Assembly (NCBI GenBank): GCA_963739555.1
Contig: CAVUAV010000006.1
Span: 222,760-286,759 of the forward strand
Reading direction: 5' to 3'
From: an uncultured Acidimicrobiales bacterium
Lineage (GTDB): Bacteria > Actinomycetota > Acidimicrobiia > Acidimicrobiales > DATKAS01
Length of the DNA stretch: 64,000 nt
The notes beneath the pieces are model-generated. The model made no database searches, was not told the origin of the DNA, and worked only from the letters and a program-made list of their open reading frames with translations. A program made the position numbers and the translations under genes. How positions within the stretch are numbered: the stretch's first letter is position 1; each line of letters opens with the position of its first letter. Shown here piece by piece: positions 1-10,081 of the stretch.

Positions 1-511
1 TCGTGGCCCGCACGTCCTTCGCCATCTCGGTCTCGGCGGGCCCGACGTTCTGGAAGTAGACGATGTAGAAGCTCTCGCCGAACACCGCTCGCATCAGGGG
101 CACAGGCGGCGCGGGGTAGTTCATGAGCGGCACGCTCACGCCGACGACCCCGCGGACGCGCTCCGGATGGAGCCTCGCGAGATCCCACACGATCAGGGCA
201 CCCCAGTCGTGACCGACGAACACCGCCTGCTCTTCACCGGCGTCGTCGACCAGGCCGAGGAGGTCGTGGTTGAGCTTCTCGATGCCGTAGTCGTCGACGT
301 TCGGAAGCTTCGTCGAGTCGCCGTAGCCGCGCAGGTCTGGGGCGATGACGTGATAGCCGGCCTCGGCGATCGGCACGATCTGGTGCCGCCACGAGTACCA
401 GCTCTCGGGGAAGCCGTGGCACAGCAGGACGAGCGGGCCCTCGCCCGCCTCCGCGACGTGCAGCTCGATGCCGTTCGTGGCCACCTGCCGGTGGCGGATC
501 TCGATCGTCAT
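1..511 (-). CDS. alpha/beta hydrolase, epoxide-hydrolase-like (3' end runs off the window)
   Basis: My own minus-strand translation from the ATG (complement of 509-511) gives MTIEIRHRQVATNGIELHVAEAGEGPLVLLCHGFPESWYSWRHQ...VFVGHDWGALIVW. It carries the HGFPE and GHDWG motifs. It is absent from the ORF track because the window edge truncates it. Confidence 0.8.
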   Translation of the reverse strand, partial: MTIEIRHRQVATNGIELHVAEAGEGPLVLLCHGFPESWYSWRHQIVPIAEAGYHVIAPDLRGYGDSTKLPNVDDYGIEKLNHDLLGLVDDAGEEQAVFVGHDWGALIVWDLARLHPERVRGVVGVSVPLMNYPAPPVPLMRAVFGESFYIVYFQNVGPAETEMAKDVRAT

Positions 512-524
512 GTCGTCGCGGCCG

Positions 525-1079
525 TCAGGCGACGGTCTCGTGGGCGATCGCGCCCTCGGACAGCGCGACGATCTCGCTCCAGGTCAGCGACGGCGAGCTC
601 CACAGCCTTTCGAAGGCGGCGTCGGCCACGTCAGTGAAGCCGTGACGGTTGCGGAAGTGGTAGAGCCACCGCTGCCGCTGCGCCGGGTAGCCGAACCGCT
701 CGAGCCGACCGTTGGAGTACACGGCCCACGCCACGCTCTGAGGCAACGTGAGGTCGCCATCGGAAGGCGCATCGGCGAAGCCGGGGGTGCGACGATCGGC
801 GACGCGCAAGAGCGCCCGGCCGATCACGTCGGCGGCTCCGGCTTCGGAGAGCTGCCGGGGACGCTTGGGGTCTTCGAGAGCGCCGCTCTCGGCCTCGATG
901 ACCACCGGATCTTGCGAGACGACTTGGGTGCGGCCCAAGGGGCTCGTCTCGTCGACGTTGATCTGCACGTCGAGATCGGGGACGCCGATGTCGTCGAGCA
1001 GCTTCTGGGTGATGGCTGCGATCTCTGCCGCGTCGAAGCCGACCATCGTGAACTTGTCGGGAGTGACGGTGACGGTCAT
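525..1079 (-). CDS. hypothetical protein (184 aa), third gene of the ferritin-like operon
   Basis: Intact ORF with high GC3. It overlaps the upstream gene by 4 nt and lies 13 nt from the downstream hydrolase. I recognise no motif. Confidence 0.6.
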   Translation of the reverse strand: MTVTVTPDKFTMVGFDAAEIAAITQKLLDDIGVPDLDVQINVDETSPLGRTQVVSQDPVVIEAESGALEDPKRPRQLSEAGAADVIGRALLRVADRRTPGFADAPSDGDLTLPQSVAWAVYSNGRLERFGYPAQRQRWLYHFRNRHGFTDVADAAFERLWSSPSLTWSEIVALSEGAIAHETVA

Positions 1080-1930
1080 GGCGTGGCGACGGCCGCCTGA
1101 GCCCGCTCGCGAGCCTCACGCCGCTTCGAGTCGGCCTCGTGCAGCGCTTCCTCGGAGAGCCGGGCGATCTCGTCGATCTCGTCCTCGTCGAAGCCCGCGA
1201 GCTCACGGAATCGCCGGGCCAGCTTGACGGGGGACTCCTCGGACTCACTGCGGAACCCGCCGATCGCGAAGAGCTTGTCGACGATCGCCTGGAACTCGAG
1301 CGCGGCCTTGCGGCGCTCGGGGTTGTTCAACGTGAGACGGCGGAGCCAGTCGGAGCCCATCTTCACGTGGGTCACCTCGTCGGCGAGCATCCAGTCCTCG
1401 CAGAACTCGAGGATGGGGTCGCCAGCGCTGTCGCCGAAGTCCTTCATCGTCGTGAACACGTCGATGGCGAGTCCTTCGAGCGCTCGGTTCACGCCCGTGA
1501 GGCGCAGCACCGGATCGGGGTTGCACGCGGCCTCGTAGAGGAAGGTGTTCTCGGAGAACTCTCCGAGCCCGGTGCCCATGTGGTCGGAGAGCTTGATCGA
1601 GATCTCGACGTGGCGAGCTTCGTCCCAGCACTGCCGAGCCATGTCGAGCTTCAGCGCGAACGGCGCCTCGTCGTCGCCGTCGCCGGTCGTGAAGTCCCAG
1701 CAGGTGCGGCCGGCGCCCTCGAGCGCTTGGATCTCCCCGACGAAGATGCCGTGCATGAGCGCGCGTGCTGCGTCGGGCGCGTCAGGGCGTTGCGGCACGA
1801 GCCGGTTGTTGTTTCGCTTGCCTTCGCCTGCGGTCGGGCGCGGACGCGGATCGGCGAGCCGCTCCCGCATCTCGACACGCACGAACCTCGGATCGCGGGC
1901 GAGCTCTTCGACTGGGAACGACTTCCTCAT
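1076..1930 (-). CDS. DUF455-type ferritin-like di-iron protein
   Basis: Carboxylate/His motifs are spaced as in four-helix-bundle di-iron proteins: EIQALE, DEARH, EGLAID and ADEVTH. Confidence 0.75.
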   Translation of the reverse strand: MRKSFPVEELARDPRFVRVEMRERLADPRPRPTAGEGKRNNNRLVPQRPDAPDAARALMHGIFVGEIQALEGAGRTCWDFTTGDGDDEAPFALKLDMARQCWDEARHVEISIKLSDHMGTGLGEFSENTFLYEAACNPDPVLRLTGVNRALEGLAIDVFTTMKDFGDSAGDPILEFCEDWMLADEVTHVKMGSDWLRRLTLNNPERRKAALEFQAIVDKLFAIGGFRSESEESPVKLARRFRELAGFDEDEIDEIARLSEEALHEADSKRREARERAQAAVATP

Positions 1931-2589
1931 GACGCTGCTGCCTCCGCGGGTTGTGCCGGCTGCATGCCGATCGAGCCGGCGCCGGCGATGCCGCCCGAGG
2001 CCAACATGAGCTTCTCGAGGCGGGCCTGATGCTGCGCCGCCCGATCCACCTCCTCATCGGTCTCGATGAGCGATTGGATGAGCATCTCGCCGTCGCGCCA
2101 GTCCTCGAACTCGTCTTGCAGCGCGAACTTGAGCGACCGGATCGTGGGAGCGTCGGTGATCGTCGAGGTGTTGTTGAGGTGGTACGTGTACGCCGCGATC
2201 TTGTGGGGGATGAGCACCCGATAGACACCGACGAGCTTCTCGATCGTGAGGCCGGGCGCCTCGGGCTCGGTCATCGCGTCGACGAAGGCGACGAGCTCGT
2301 CGTTCGCCGGCACCGTCAGCCGGTCGGGGTTCATCTCGCGCAGCTCGGGCAGGCGCTTGTGCCACAGCTCGGCATGCCATGCGTGGTGGTAGCAGTGGGT
2401 GCCGAGACGCATCTTGACGTCGAGCTCGGGCACCGTGGCGACCCAGCCGCCCAGCGCCTCGAACAGCTTCATCTCGATCCACTTGTAATTGCCGACTCGC
2501 CGAGCGGAGTCCTCCACGTCGAACGCGCCCGGAATCTCCCGGCGGTCCCACGGAGCGAATGGTGCTCTCGGCTTGTTCGGATCGGCCAT
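1927..2589 (-). CDS. ferritin-like/helical protein of unknown function (221 aa)
   Basis: I placed the start at MADPNKP (complement of 2587-2589); the longer track ORF upstream is Arg-rich junk. It has E/H-rich helices (EMKLFEAL, HCYHHAWHAELWH, DEFEDW) and overlaps the DUF455 gene by 4 nt. Confidence 0.6.
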   Translation of the reverse strand: MADPNKPRAPFAPWDRREIPGAFDVEDSARRVGNYKWIEMKLFEALGGWVATVPELDVKMRLGTHCYHHAWHAELWHKRLPELREMNPDRLTVPANDELVAFVDAMTEPEAPGLTIEKLVGVYRVLIPHKIAAYTYHLNNTSTITDAPTIRSLKFALQDEFEDWRDGEMLIQSLIETDEEVDRAAQHQARLEKLMLASGGIAGAGSIGMQPAQPAEAAAS

Positions 2590-2594
2590 GGTCG

Positions 2595-3497
2595 TCAGTC
2601 CCCTCGCATGCGTGCGGCCAGTGGTCGGGCCGAATCTAGCCCTGACCGCGCGGTCAAGACAGGTCCGACCTCGGCCATCACGGCGGCGACCAGGATGAGG
2701 ACGGCCCCGCAAGCGGCCCCGAGGGTGAACCGCTCGTCGTCCACGAGGTAGGCGGCGACCGTCGCGAAGACCGGCTCGGTGAGCAGGATCAGCGAGGCGC
2801 GGGTCGCGGGGATGTGGCGCTGCGCCCACGTCCACGGGATGAGCGCGAAGGCCGACACGACGACGCCGGCGTAGAAGGCGACCCAGTAGGGCTCGCCCGT
2901 CGAGGGCAGCCCGCCGGTGAACGGCGTGAGCGCGATGCAAGGGATCGCGACGGCGGCCAGCTGGATCGCGTTGAACCGGAAGATGTCGAAGCGAGGGCCG
3001 TACTCGCCCATCTGCACGAGATGGACGGCGAACGCGACGGCGCCGAGCAGGGTGAGCACCGCGCCCCGGCCGAAGCCATCGCCTGCTCCGGTCAGCAGCG
3101 CGAGGCCGACGATCGCGACGCCGATCGCGATGACGGTGACGCGGGATGGTCTCCCGCGGCCGACCGCGAACGACACGAAGGGCACGAAGACGATCAGCAT
3201 GTAGGTGAGGAACGCCGACGTCGCGGCAGTCGTGTACTGCAGCCCGATCGTCTGGCCGAGCATCCCGGCGAGGTAGGTGAGCCCTGTGATCAGTCCGGCG
3301 CGGAGCTCACCGGGTTGCGACGGCCTCAGCAGCGCGAACGGCGCGAGGGCGAGGGTCGCGAACAGGTAGCGCAGCGCGAGGAACGGGATCGGGTCGATGT
3401 GGTCGAGCGCGCCCTTGACGACGACGAAGCTCGTGCCGAAGAGGAACGCGACGAGGACCAGGGCGGCTGCCGACAGCAGCTCGGTCCGTCGTCGCAC
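2595..3497 (-). CDS. EamA/DMT-family transporter
   Basis: 300 aa and about 10 hydrophobic segments. The N-terminus is EamA-like (LLSAAALVLVAFLFGTSFVVVKGAL). Confidence 0.8.
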   Translation of the reverse strand: MRRRTELLSAAALVLVAFLFGTSFVVVKGALDHIDPIPFLALRYLFATLALAPFALLRPSQPGELRAGLITGLTYLAGMLGQTIGLQYTTAATSAFLTYMLIVFVPFVSFAVGRGRPSRVTVIAIGVAIVGLALLTGAGDGFGRGAVLTLLGAVAFAVHLVQMGEYGPRFDIFRFNAIQLAAVAIPCIALTPFTGGLPSTGEPYWVAFYAGVVVSAFALIPWTWAQRHIPATRASLILLTEPVFATVAAYLVDDERFTLGAACGAVLILVAAVMAEVGPVLTARSGLDSARPLAARMRGD

Positions 3498-3500
3498 TTG

Positions 3501-5211
3501 TCAGCCGCGATATGCGTTCGTGATCGGCAGGCGACGGTCCTTGCCGAACGCCTTCGGCGTGACCCGCACGCCGGGAGGCGACTGCCGGCGCTTGTACTCG
3601 GCGAGATCGACGAGCCGAGTGACGCGCCGCACGATCGCTTCGTCGAAGCCCTCGGCGATGAGCTCAGCGGCAGTGAGGTCGCGTTCGATGTAGGCGGCGA
3701 GCACGGGGTCGAGGACCTCGTACGGCGGGAGGCTCTGGTCGTCGCGCTGGTCGGGGCGAAGCTCCGCCGACGGCGGCTTGGTCAGCACCTCGCTCGGGAT
3801 CACCGGCGCGGGGCCGATCGTGTTGCGGTGTTCGCACAGCCGGTAGAGGGTCGTCTTGAGCACGTCCTTGACGACGGCGAACCCACCGGCCGTGTCGCCG
3901 TAGAGCGTGGAGTACCCGACGGCCATCTCGCTCTTGTTGCCGGTCGTGAGCACGAGCCAGCCGAACTTGTTCGAGAGGGCCATGAGAACGACGCCGCGGA
4001 TCCGGCTCTGCAGGTTCTCCTCGGTGAGATCGGGAGGCAGGTCACCGAACGAAGGTGCGAGCATCTCGAGGAACGAGCCGTGCGCGGGCTCGATCGGGAT
4101 CGTCCGGAGGTCGATGCCGAGGTTCTCGGCCAGCGCCTGGGCATCGGTGCGTGAGCCGTCGCTCGAGTAGCGCGACGGCATCGAAACCCCGTGGACGTGC
4201 TCGGGCCCAAGCGCGTCGGCGGCGATGCACGCGACGATTGAGGAGTCGATGCCTCCGGACAGGGCGATGACGACGTCCGAGAACCCGTTCTTGTTCACGT
4301 AGTCGCGCGTGCCGAGGACGAGCGCCTCGTACACCTCCTCTTCGCGGTTCGGGAGCGGCGCGATGGTCGGCGACCGGAACTCAGCACCGTCGGTCTCGTT
4401 GCTCAACACGACCCGTGGCAGGGGATCGCCGTTGATCCACCCGCGGGGGTCGAGCTGGCGCTTGCGAAACACAGGCTCGACTTCGAGGTCGACGACGCTG
4501 ACCTCCTCGACGAACTGCGGTGCGCGAGCGATGAGCGCGCCGTCGGCGTCGAACACGAGCGACGCACCGTCGAACACGAGCTCGTCCTGGCCGCCGACCT
4601 GGTTCACGTACACGAGGGCGCACGACGCGTCGGCGGCGCGGGTCGCGAGCATCCGCTCACGCTCCGCGACGCGGCCCGCGTAGAACGGTGAGGCGTTCAG
4701 GTTCACCACGAGCTCGGCTCCCCCCGCGGCGTGCGCCGCGATGGGACCGGTCGGGCTCCACGCGTCTTCACAGATCGACACCCCGACGGACACTCCCGCG
4801 ATGACGTAGAGCTGCAACGGCTCTTCGCCGGGCACGAACGTGCGGCGCTCGTCGAACACCGCGTAGTTCGGAAGGAGTCGCTTGCGGTAGATGCCTTGGA
4901 CCTCGCCGTGCGCGCAGATCGCGGCGGCGTTGTGCAGGTCGCGGTCCTCGTCGACGAAGCCGACGACGACGACGCATCGGCCGGTGCGAGCAGCGATCTT
5001 GTCGAGGGCGGCCCGGTTGTCGGCCACGAAGCCGGGCTTGAGCACGAGATCCTCGGGCGGATAGCCGGTCACGGCCAGCTCGGGACAGACGAGCACGTCG
5101 GCCCCCGCCTGCTCGGCTTCTTCGAGCGCGATCGAGCACGCGGCTCACGTTGCCGTCGAGGTCGCCGACGACGGTGTTCAGCTGGGCCATTGCCACCCGA
5201 ATTCGGGCCAT
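3501..5211 (-). CDS. nadE: glutamine-dependent NAD+ synthetase, apparent frameshift near 5128-5140
   Basis: The main ORF has a CN-hydrolase half (VCPELAVTGYPPEDL, ICEDAW) and a synthetase half (LSGGIDSS). The first ~28 codons (MARIRVAMAQLNTVVGDLDGNVSRVL) are in another frame. Confidence 0.9.
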
Positions 5212-5245
5212 GGCCTCAGCGTACCGAGGTGCGACACTGGCGCCG

Positions 5246-7939
5246 ATGGTCGATCGCCGACGCTCCCGACCCGCGCTCGACGACGTCGTCGAGCGATCGG
5301 CCGATCCGGTGGCTGTGCGGCTCGCGCTCGACCGCATCGACTCCGCCCATCCCTCGTTCGAGGATCGTGTCGAAGAGGACCCGAGCCTGCGCGACGCGGT
5401 GATCGCGGCGTGCGGCGCGAGCCGCTCGCTCACGATGCTCCTCGAAGTCGACGCCGGAGCGCTCGACATCCTCGCTGACCTCGATGCGAGGCCGACGTTC
5501 GACTCGTCGAGCCCCGACGCGCTCAAGCGATGGAAGACCCGCGAGTACCTGCGCATCGCCGCGCGCGATCTGCTGGGTCGAGACGAGCTCGAGGTCACGG
5601 TCGCCGCCATCGCAGCGCTCGGTCGCGACGTCCTGCGAGGAGCGGCGTCGCTCGTCGACACGCCCGAGCCGCTCGTCGTCGTCGGGATGGGGAAGCTCGG
5701 TGGCGACGAGCTGAACTACGCGAGCGACATCGACGTGATGTTCGTCGGCGACGGTGATGGGCACGCGGCTGCACAGCGCGCTCGCGCGCTGCTCGAGATC
5801 GCGCGGCGCTGCTTCCGCGTGGACGTGAACCTCCGCCCTCAAGGTCGGGACGGTCCGCTCGTCCGCACGCTCGCGTCGTACGAGGCCTACTGGGATCAGT
5901 GGGCCGACGCGTGGGAGTTCCAAGCGCTCATCAAGGCGCGAGCGGTCGCTGGTGATCCCGAGCTGCAGGGCCGGTTCGACGAGGCGTCGGGGTCGCACCT
6001 CTGGCGGCACGTCTTCTCCGCCGACGACCTTCGTGCGATGCGCACCATGAAGGCCCGCGTCGAGCAGGAGATGGCGCGCAAGGGCCTCGAGGATCGCGAG
6101 GTGAAGCGCGGCCGCGGCGGCATCCGTGACATCGAGTTCGCAATCCAGCTGCTGCAGCTCGTGCACGGCGGGCTCGACGCGGCGCTGCGCAGCCCCAACA
6201 CACTGGTCGCGCTCCGCGAGATGGCAGCCGGCGGATACGTCGACCAGGACGACGCGTCGGCGCTCGCCGACGCGTACTGCTACCTCCGCAAGGTCGAGCA
6301 CCGTCTTCAGCTGGTGGACGAGCTGCAGGTGCACGCGATCCCCGACGCGCCCGATGCGCAGGTGCGCCTCGCGCGCACGATGGGATACCGCGACACCGGA
6401 GCGGCCGACGCCGTCGACCACTTCCTCTCCGACCTCGGGCGGCACCAGACGACGGTGCGGTCGATCCACGAACGGCTCTACTTCAGACCGCTGCTCGAGG
6501 CGTTCGCCGCGCTGCCGCTCCTCACGAGGCCCGGCGCGACCGAGGCCCGCTTGGCGGCGTTCGGCTTCACGTCTCCTGACCGTGCGCGGGTCGCGGTCCG
6601 TGAGCTGACGAGTGGGCTCACTCGCTCGTCGCGGCTCATGCAGCAGATGCTCCCGCTGCTGCTCGATTGGCTCGCGGACTCACCCGATCCGGATCAAGGA
6701 CTGCTCTCGTTGCGGAAGCTCGCATCGGGTTCGCAGCGGTCGACCGAGCTCGCGTCGCTGTTCCGCGACTCGCCGGAAGCGGCGCGACGCGTGTGCGCGC
6801 TGATCGGAGCGAGCGGGATGGTCGCGGACGCCGTGCTGCACAACCCTGACCTCATCGCGCGCCTCCCCGACTTCGAGCAGCTGCGCACGCGCCCGAAGCC
6901 GGCACTGGTCGAGAGCGCGCGGAAGGCGTTGGCGTGGCGTGACGACGTCGAGGAACGACAGTCCGGCTTGCGGCGATGGAAGGAGCGCCATCTGGTCGGC
7001 ATCACCGCCCGCGACGTGCTCGGTGAAGCCGATGTCGCGGCCGTCGGGCGCGATGTCAGCGCGCTCGCTGAGGCGTCGCTCGAGGTCGCGCTCGAGGCTC
7101 TCGATGCATCGTTGCCGTTCGCCGTGATCGCTCTCGGTCGCTTCGGGGGCGCCGAGCTGTCGTACGCGAGCGACCTCGATGTCCTGTTCGTCTACGAGGG
7201 ACCTACGCCCGCGGACTTCGCGGAAGCCGAGAAGCTCGCGACCGCGGTCCGCCGATTCGTGGGCGGTGCGACTCCCTCGGCTCGGCTCTGGGAGGTCGAC
7301 GCGGACCTGCGTCCCGAAGGAAAGCAAGGTCCGTTGGCCCGCAGCGTCGAGGGCTTCGCGACGTACTTCTCCCGATGGGCCCTGGTGTGGGAGCGACAGG
7401 CGATGATCCGCGCCCGGCCGGTCGCGGGTGACATGGCGCTCGCGGAGCGGTTCATGGCGCTGCTCGACGACTTCGTGTGGGGCCGCGGCCTCACCGACGA
7501 CGAGATCCGCGAGATCCGCCGCATCAAGGCGCGGGTCGAGCGCGAGCGCATCCCTCCCACCGACGATCCCAAGTTCCACCTCAAGCTCGGGCGAGGCTCT
7601 CTGTCGGACGTCGAGTTCACTGCACAGCTGTTGCAGCTGGAGCACGACGTGCGGTCGCCAGCGACGATCGCCGCGCTCGACCTCTTGCGAGAGCGTGGGA
7701 TCCTCGAGTCCGCCGATCACGCGACGCTCATCGAGGCGTACCGGTTCTGCGAACGCACTCGGAACCGGCTGTTCCTCACCAGCGGCGGCCCGAGCGACGC
7801 GCTCCCGCAGCAGCCCGAGCGGATGCGCGTGCTCGCGCGGGCGCTCGACACCACGCCGACGGAGCTACGCGAGGACTACCGGCGCGTGACTCGCCGCAGC
7901 CGGGCCGTGATGGAGCGCCTCTTCTACGGGCGCGAGTGA
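5246..7939 (+). CDS. glnE: glutamine synthetase adenylyltransferase/adenylyl-removing enzyme
   Basis: Two nucleotidyltransferase repeats are present (GKLGGDELNYASDIDVMFV and GRFGGAELSYASDLDVLFV). The start is uncertain; the ATG at 5246 is preferred over the track start inside nadE. Confidence 0.9.
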   Translation: MVDRRRSRPALDDVVERSADPVAVRLALDRIDSAHPSFEDRVEEDPSLRDAVIAACGASRSLTMLLEVDAGALDILADLDARPTFDSSSPDALKRWKTREYLRIAARDLLGRDELEVTVAAIAALGRDVLRGAASLVDTPEPLVVVGMGKLGGDELNYASDIDVMFVGDGDGHAAAQRARALLEIARRCFRVDVNLRPQGRDGPLVRTLASYEAYWDQWADAWEFQALIKARAVAGDPELQGRFDEASGSHLWRHVFSADDLRAMRTMKARVEQEMARKGLEDREVKRGRGGIRDIEFAIQLLQLVHGGLDAALRSPNTLVALREMAAGGYVDQDDASALADAYCYLRKVEHRLQLVDELQVHAIPDAPDAQVRLARTMGYRDTGAADAVDHFLSDLGRHQTTVRSIHERLYFRPLLEAFAALPLLTRPGATEARLAAFGFTSPDRARVAVRELTSGLTRSSRLMQQMLPLLLDWLADSPDPDQGLLSLRKLASGSQRSTELASLFRDSPEAARRVCALIGASGMVADAVLHNPDLIARLPDFEQLRTRPKPALVESARKALAWRDDVEERQSGLRRWKERHLVGITARDVLGEADVAAVGRDVSALAEASLEVALEALDASLPFAVIALGRFGGAELSYASDLDVLFVYEGPTPADFAEAEKLATAVRRFVGGATPSARLWEVDADLRPEGKQGPLARSVEGFATYFSRWALVWERQAMIRARPVAGDMALAERFMALLDDFVWGRGLTDDEIREIRRIKARVERERIPPTDDPKFHLKLGRGSLSDVEFTAQLLQLEHDVRSPATIAALDLLRERGILESADHATLIEAYRFCERTRNRLFLTSGGPSDALPQQPERMRVLARALDTTPTELREDYRRVTRRSRAVMERLFYGRE

Positions 7940-7954
7940 CGAGCACCACGCAGC

Positions 7955-7997
7955 GTTCGCGCGATAGGCCGCGGCATGGTGCGGCGAACGCGCGAAC
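7955..7997. terminator. compound hairpin between convergent glnE and lipoprotein genes
   Basis: GTTCGCGCG (7955-7963) pairs with CGCGCGAAC (7989-7997). An inner stem GCCGC/GCGGC is also present. Confidence 0.4.
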
Positions 7998-8003
7998 GGT
8001 CGA

Positions 8004-8834
8004 TCAGCAGCCGGTCTCGTCCGGGAGAAGAGGGCGCACGAGCACCTGGTAGGTCTTGCCCGCGTCGGTGAAGAACGTGAGCTGGTTCGCCTTGGTCATC
8101 GTGTCGGTGACCTGAGTGACCGTTGCCGGATCGGTGACCGCAGTGCATTCGCCGACCGACGCAAGCGGCACCGACGTGACCGGCCACGGCACGACTGTCG
8201 GCGCGGGCTCACCTGTCGGCAGCTCATCGGTGACGGTTGCGCGGAGACGCCAGCCTGCGATCGTGTACGGCTGTTCGGGACCGATGTGATCTGCGCCCAC
8301 GAGCGTCTCGAGGTCGGTCATCGAGTTGACGAACGTGGAGAGCTTGGCTCGGGCGTCGATCTGCTCCTGGGTGAGACCGCTGTTCGCCTCGTCCATGCCG
8401 AGCGCGTTCGCGCTCTGCGTATACGAGGTGTTGTTCGCGTTGACCGTCACGACGGTGTCGGGCACGTCGGCGACGGGTGGCTGCCCGTAGTCGATCGGCT
8501 CGGTGAGGATCCCGGCGTCTTGCGCGGCGGTGAGCACGGCTTGCATCCCGGCAACGTCGAGCTTGCGCACGAGCAGGTTCGGGACGACGGGACCGGGATA
8601 GATCATCACTTGCGGTCCGGTCGTGATCACGCTGCCGTCGCCGTAGATGCTCACCGCGGGCAGGTTGGTGAAGATCGTCTCCACCGGCACGAAGCCGCCG
8701 GTCGTCTCGACGCGGACGACGAGTGACGACGGGTCCGTCGAGTAGGTGGCCGAGGAGCCACCTCCCGTCGAGACCGTCTCCTTTCCGCACGCCGCCAACG
8801 CCAGCACCGCGACCACGACCCAGAGGCGCTTCAT
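8004..8834 (-). CDS. lipoprotein, unknown function
   Basis: MKRLWVVVAVLALAACGKE is a signal peptide with a lipobox Cys. The start is moved to this Met. Confidence 0.65.
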   Translation of the reverse strand: MKRLWVVVAVLALAACGKETVSTGGGSSATYSTDPSSLVVRVETTGGFVPVETIFTNLPAVSIYGDGSVITTGPQVMIYPGPVVPNLLVRKLDVAGMQAVLTAAQDAGILTEPIDYGQPPVADVPDTVVTVNANNTSYTQSANALGMDEANSGLTQEQIDARAKLSTFVNSMTDLETLVGADHIGPEQPYTIAGWRLRATVTDELPTGEPAPTVVPWPVTSVPLASVGECTAVTDPATVTQVTDTMTKANQLTFFTDAGKTYQVLVRPLLPDETGC

Positions 8835-8910
8835 GCTCAATTGGACGCCTCCTTCGAGGTGACGGTTCCCGTACCAGGGTTGATGCTTGCTCATGTGATG
8901 TGATGTCGAG

Positions 8911-9608
8911 ATGATCAGGCGGATCGTCGCCTACGAGGATCACGACGCGCCGATGAGCCGCGTCGAGGTGCCCACGCTCGGCGTCGCGCTGATCCTCAGC
9001 TTCGGGCCGACGATGCGCGTCGACGGCCAGACGGTGTCGTCATTCCTCGTGGGGATGTGGGACAAACCTGCGCTCACCGAGCACGACGGCGACGCCCACG
9101 GAATCCAGATCGATCTCGCGCCGGCGGTCGCCTACGCGCTCGTCGGCGGGCGGATGGACGAGCTCACCAACCGCGTCATCGACGTCGGCGACCTCGAGGT
9201 GGTCAACGTCGATCGTCTGCTCGAGACGGGCGGCGCTGCCGCGGCTGACGAGCTGACGAACGGCGATGCAGACGTGGCCCGTCTGTCTCCCGCGAGGTCA
9301 ACTGGGCGTACACGCAGCTGCACCGACATCCCTCGACCCGCATCGCATGGCTGGCGGACGAGATCGGGTGGAGCCGCAGCCACCTCGTCGACCGCTTTCG
9401 ACGAGAAGTGGGACTCTCGCCCAAGCGCTTCGCACGGGTGGCCCGGTTCAGATCGGCGTTCGATCGACTCGCGACGGCGACCTCGCTCGCCACCGTCGCG
9501 GCCGAGTGCGGGTATGCCGACCAGTCGCACCTGACCCACGAGTTCCGGGAGATGGCCGGCGAGACGCCGAGCTCGTACCAGGCGACATTCGTACAAGACA
9601 GCGCGTGA
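8911..9608 (+). CDS. AraC-family transcriptional regulator, apparent frameshift at the CCC run near 9290
   Basis: The C-terminal HTH (IAWLADEIGWSRSHLVDRFRREVGLSPKRFARVARF...GYADQSHLTHEFREMAG) lies in a different frame from the N-terminal half. Confidence 0.7.
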
Positions 9609-9630
9609 CCGCCAGTCGTACCGTCGTCGC

Positions 9631-10005
9631 ATGAGCGACATCATCCCGGTGGTTCCGTACGAAGACATCAAGTCCGCCCACGACTTCCTTTGCGACGCGC
9701 TGCAGTTCACGTCGGCCGGTCTCTACGAGGTCGACGGCACCGTGGTGCACGGTGAGGTCCAGCTCGAGGGCCGGCGCATCTGGCTGCACGCGGCAGCGAG
9801 CGGGCTGAGCACACCGAACCAGGCCAAGGCGCAGACCGGTGGCATCGTCGTGCTCGTCGCGGACGTCGAGGCGCACTTCGCGCATGCGAAGTCCCGCGGC
9901 GCCACGATCCTCCGCGAGCCGACCGACCAGCCCTACGGCCAGCGCGAGTACGCCGTGTTGGATCCCGAAGGTCACAGCTGGTGGATCGCCACGCCCCTGA
10001 GCTGA
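9631..10005 (+). CDS. VOC/glyoxalase-bleomycin-resistance family protein
   Basis: 124 aa with the typical pattern ...HGEVQLEGRRIWLH...QREYAVLDPEGHSWWI. Confidence 0.8.
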   Translation: MSDIIPVVPYEDIKSAHDFLCDALQFTSAGLYEVDGTVVHGEVQLEGRRIWLHAAASGLSTPNQAKAQTGGIVVLVADVEAHFAHAKSRGATILREPTDQPYGQREYAVLDPEGHSWWIATPLS

Positions 10006-10019
10006 TCCAGACGCGGCAA

Positions 10020-10061
10020 CTTGCGCCTGCGGACGCCCTTTCGGGCACCCACAGGCGCAAG
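10020..10061. terminator. 10-bp-stem hairpin between convergent VOC gene and glnA
   Basis: CTTGCGCCTG (10020-10029) pairs with CAGGCGCAAG (10052-10061). Confidence 0.45.
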
Positions 10062-10081
10062 TCGAAGCGGGCTGTCAGTGC

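Noticed and set aside
167-1248. Overlapping track ORFs lie on both strands at the left edge.
   Set aside because: They are explained by the truncated hydrolase gene (1-511) and the 525..1079 gene. The rest are shadow ORFs.
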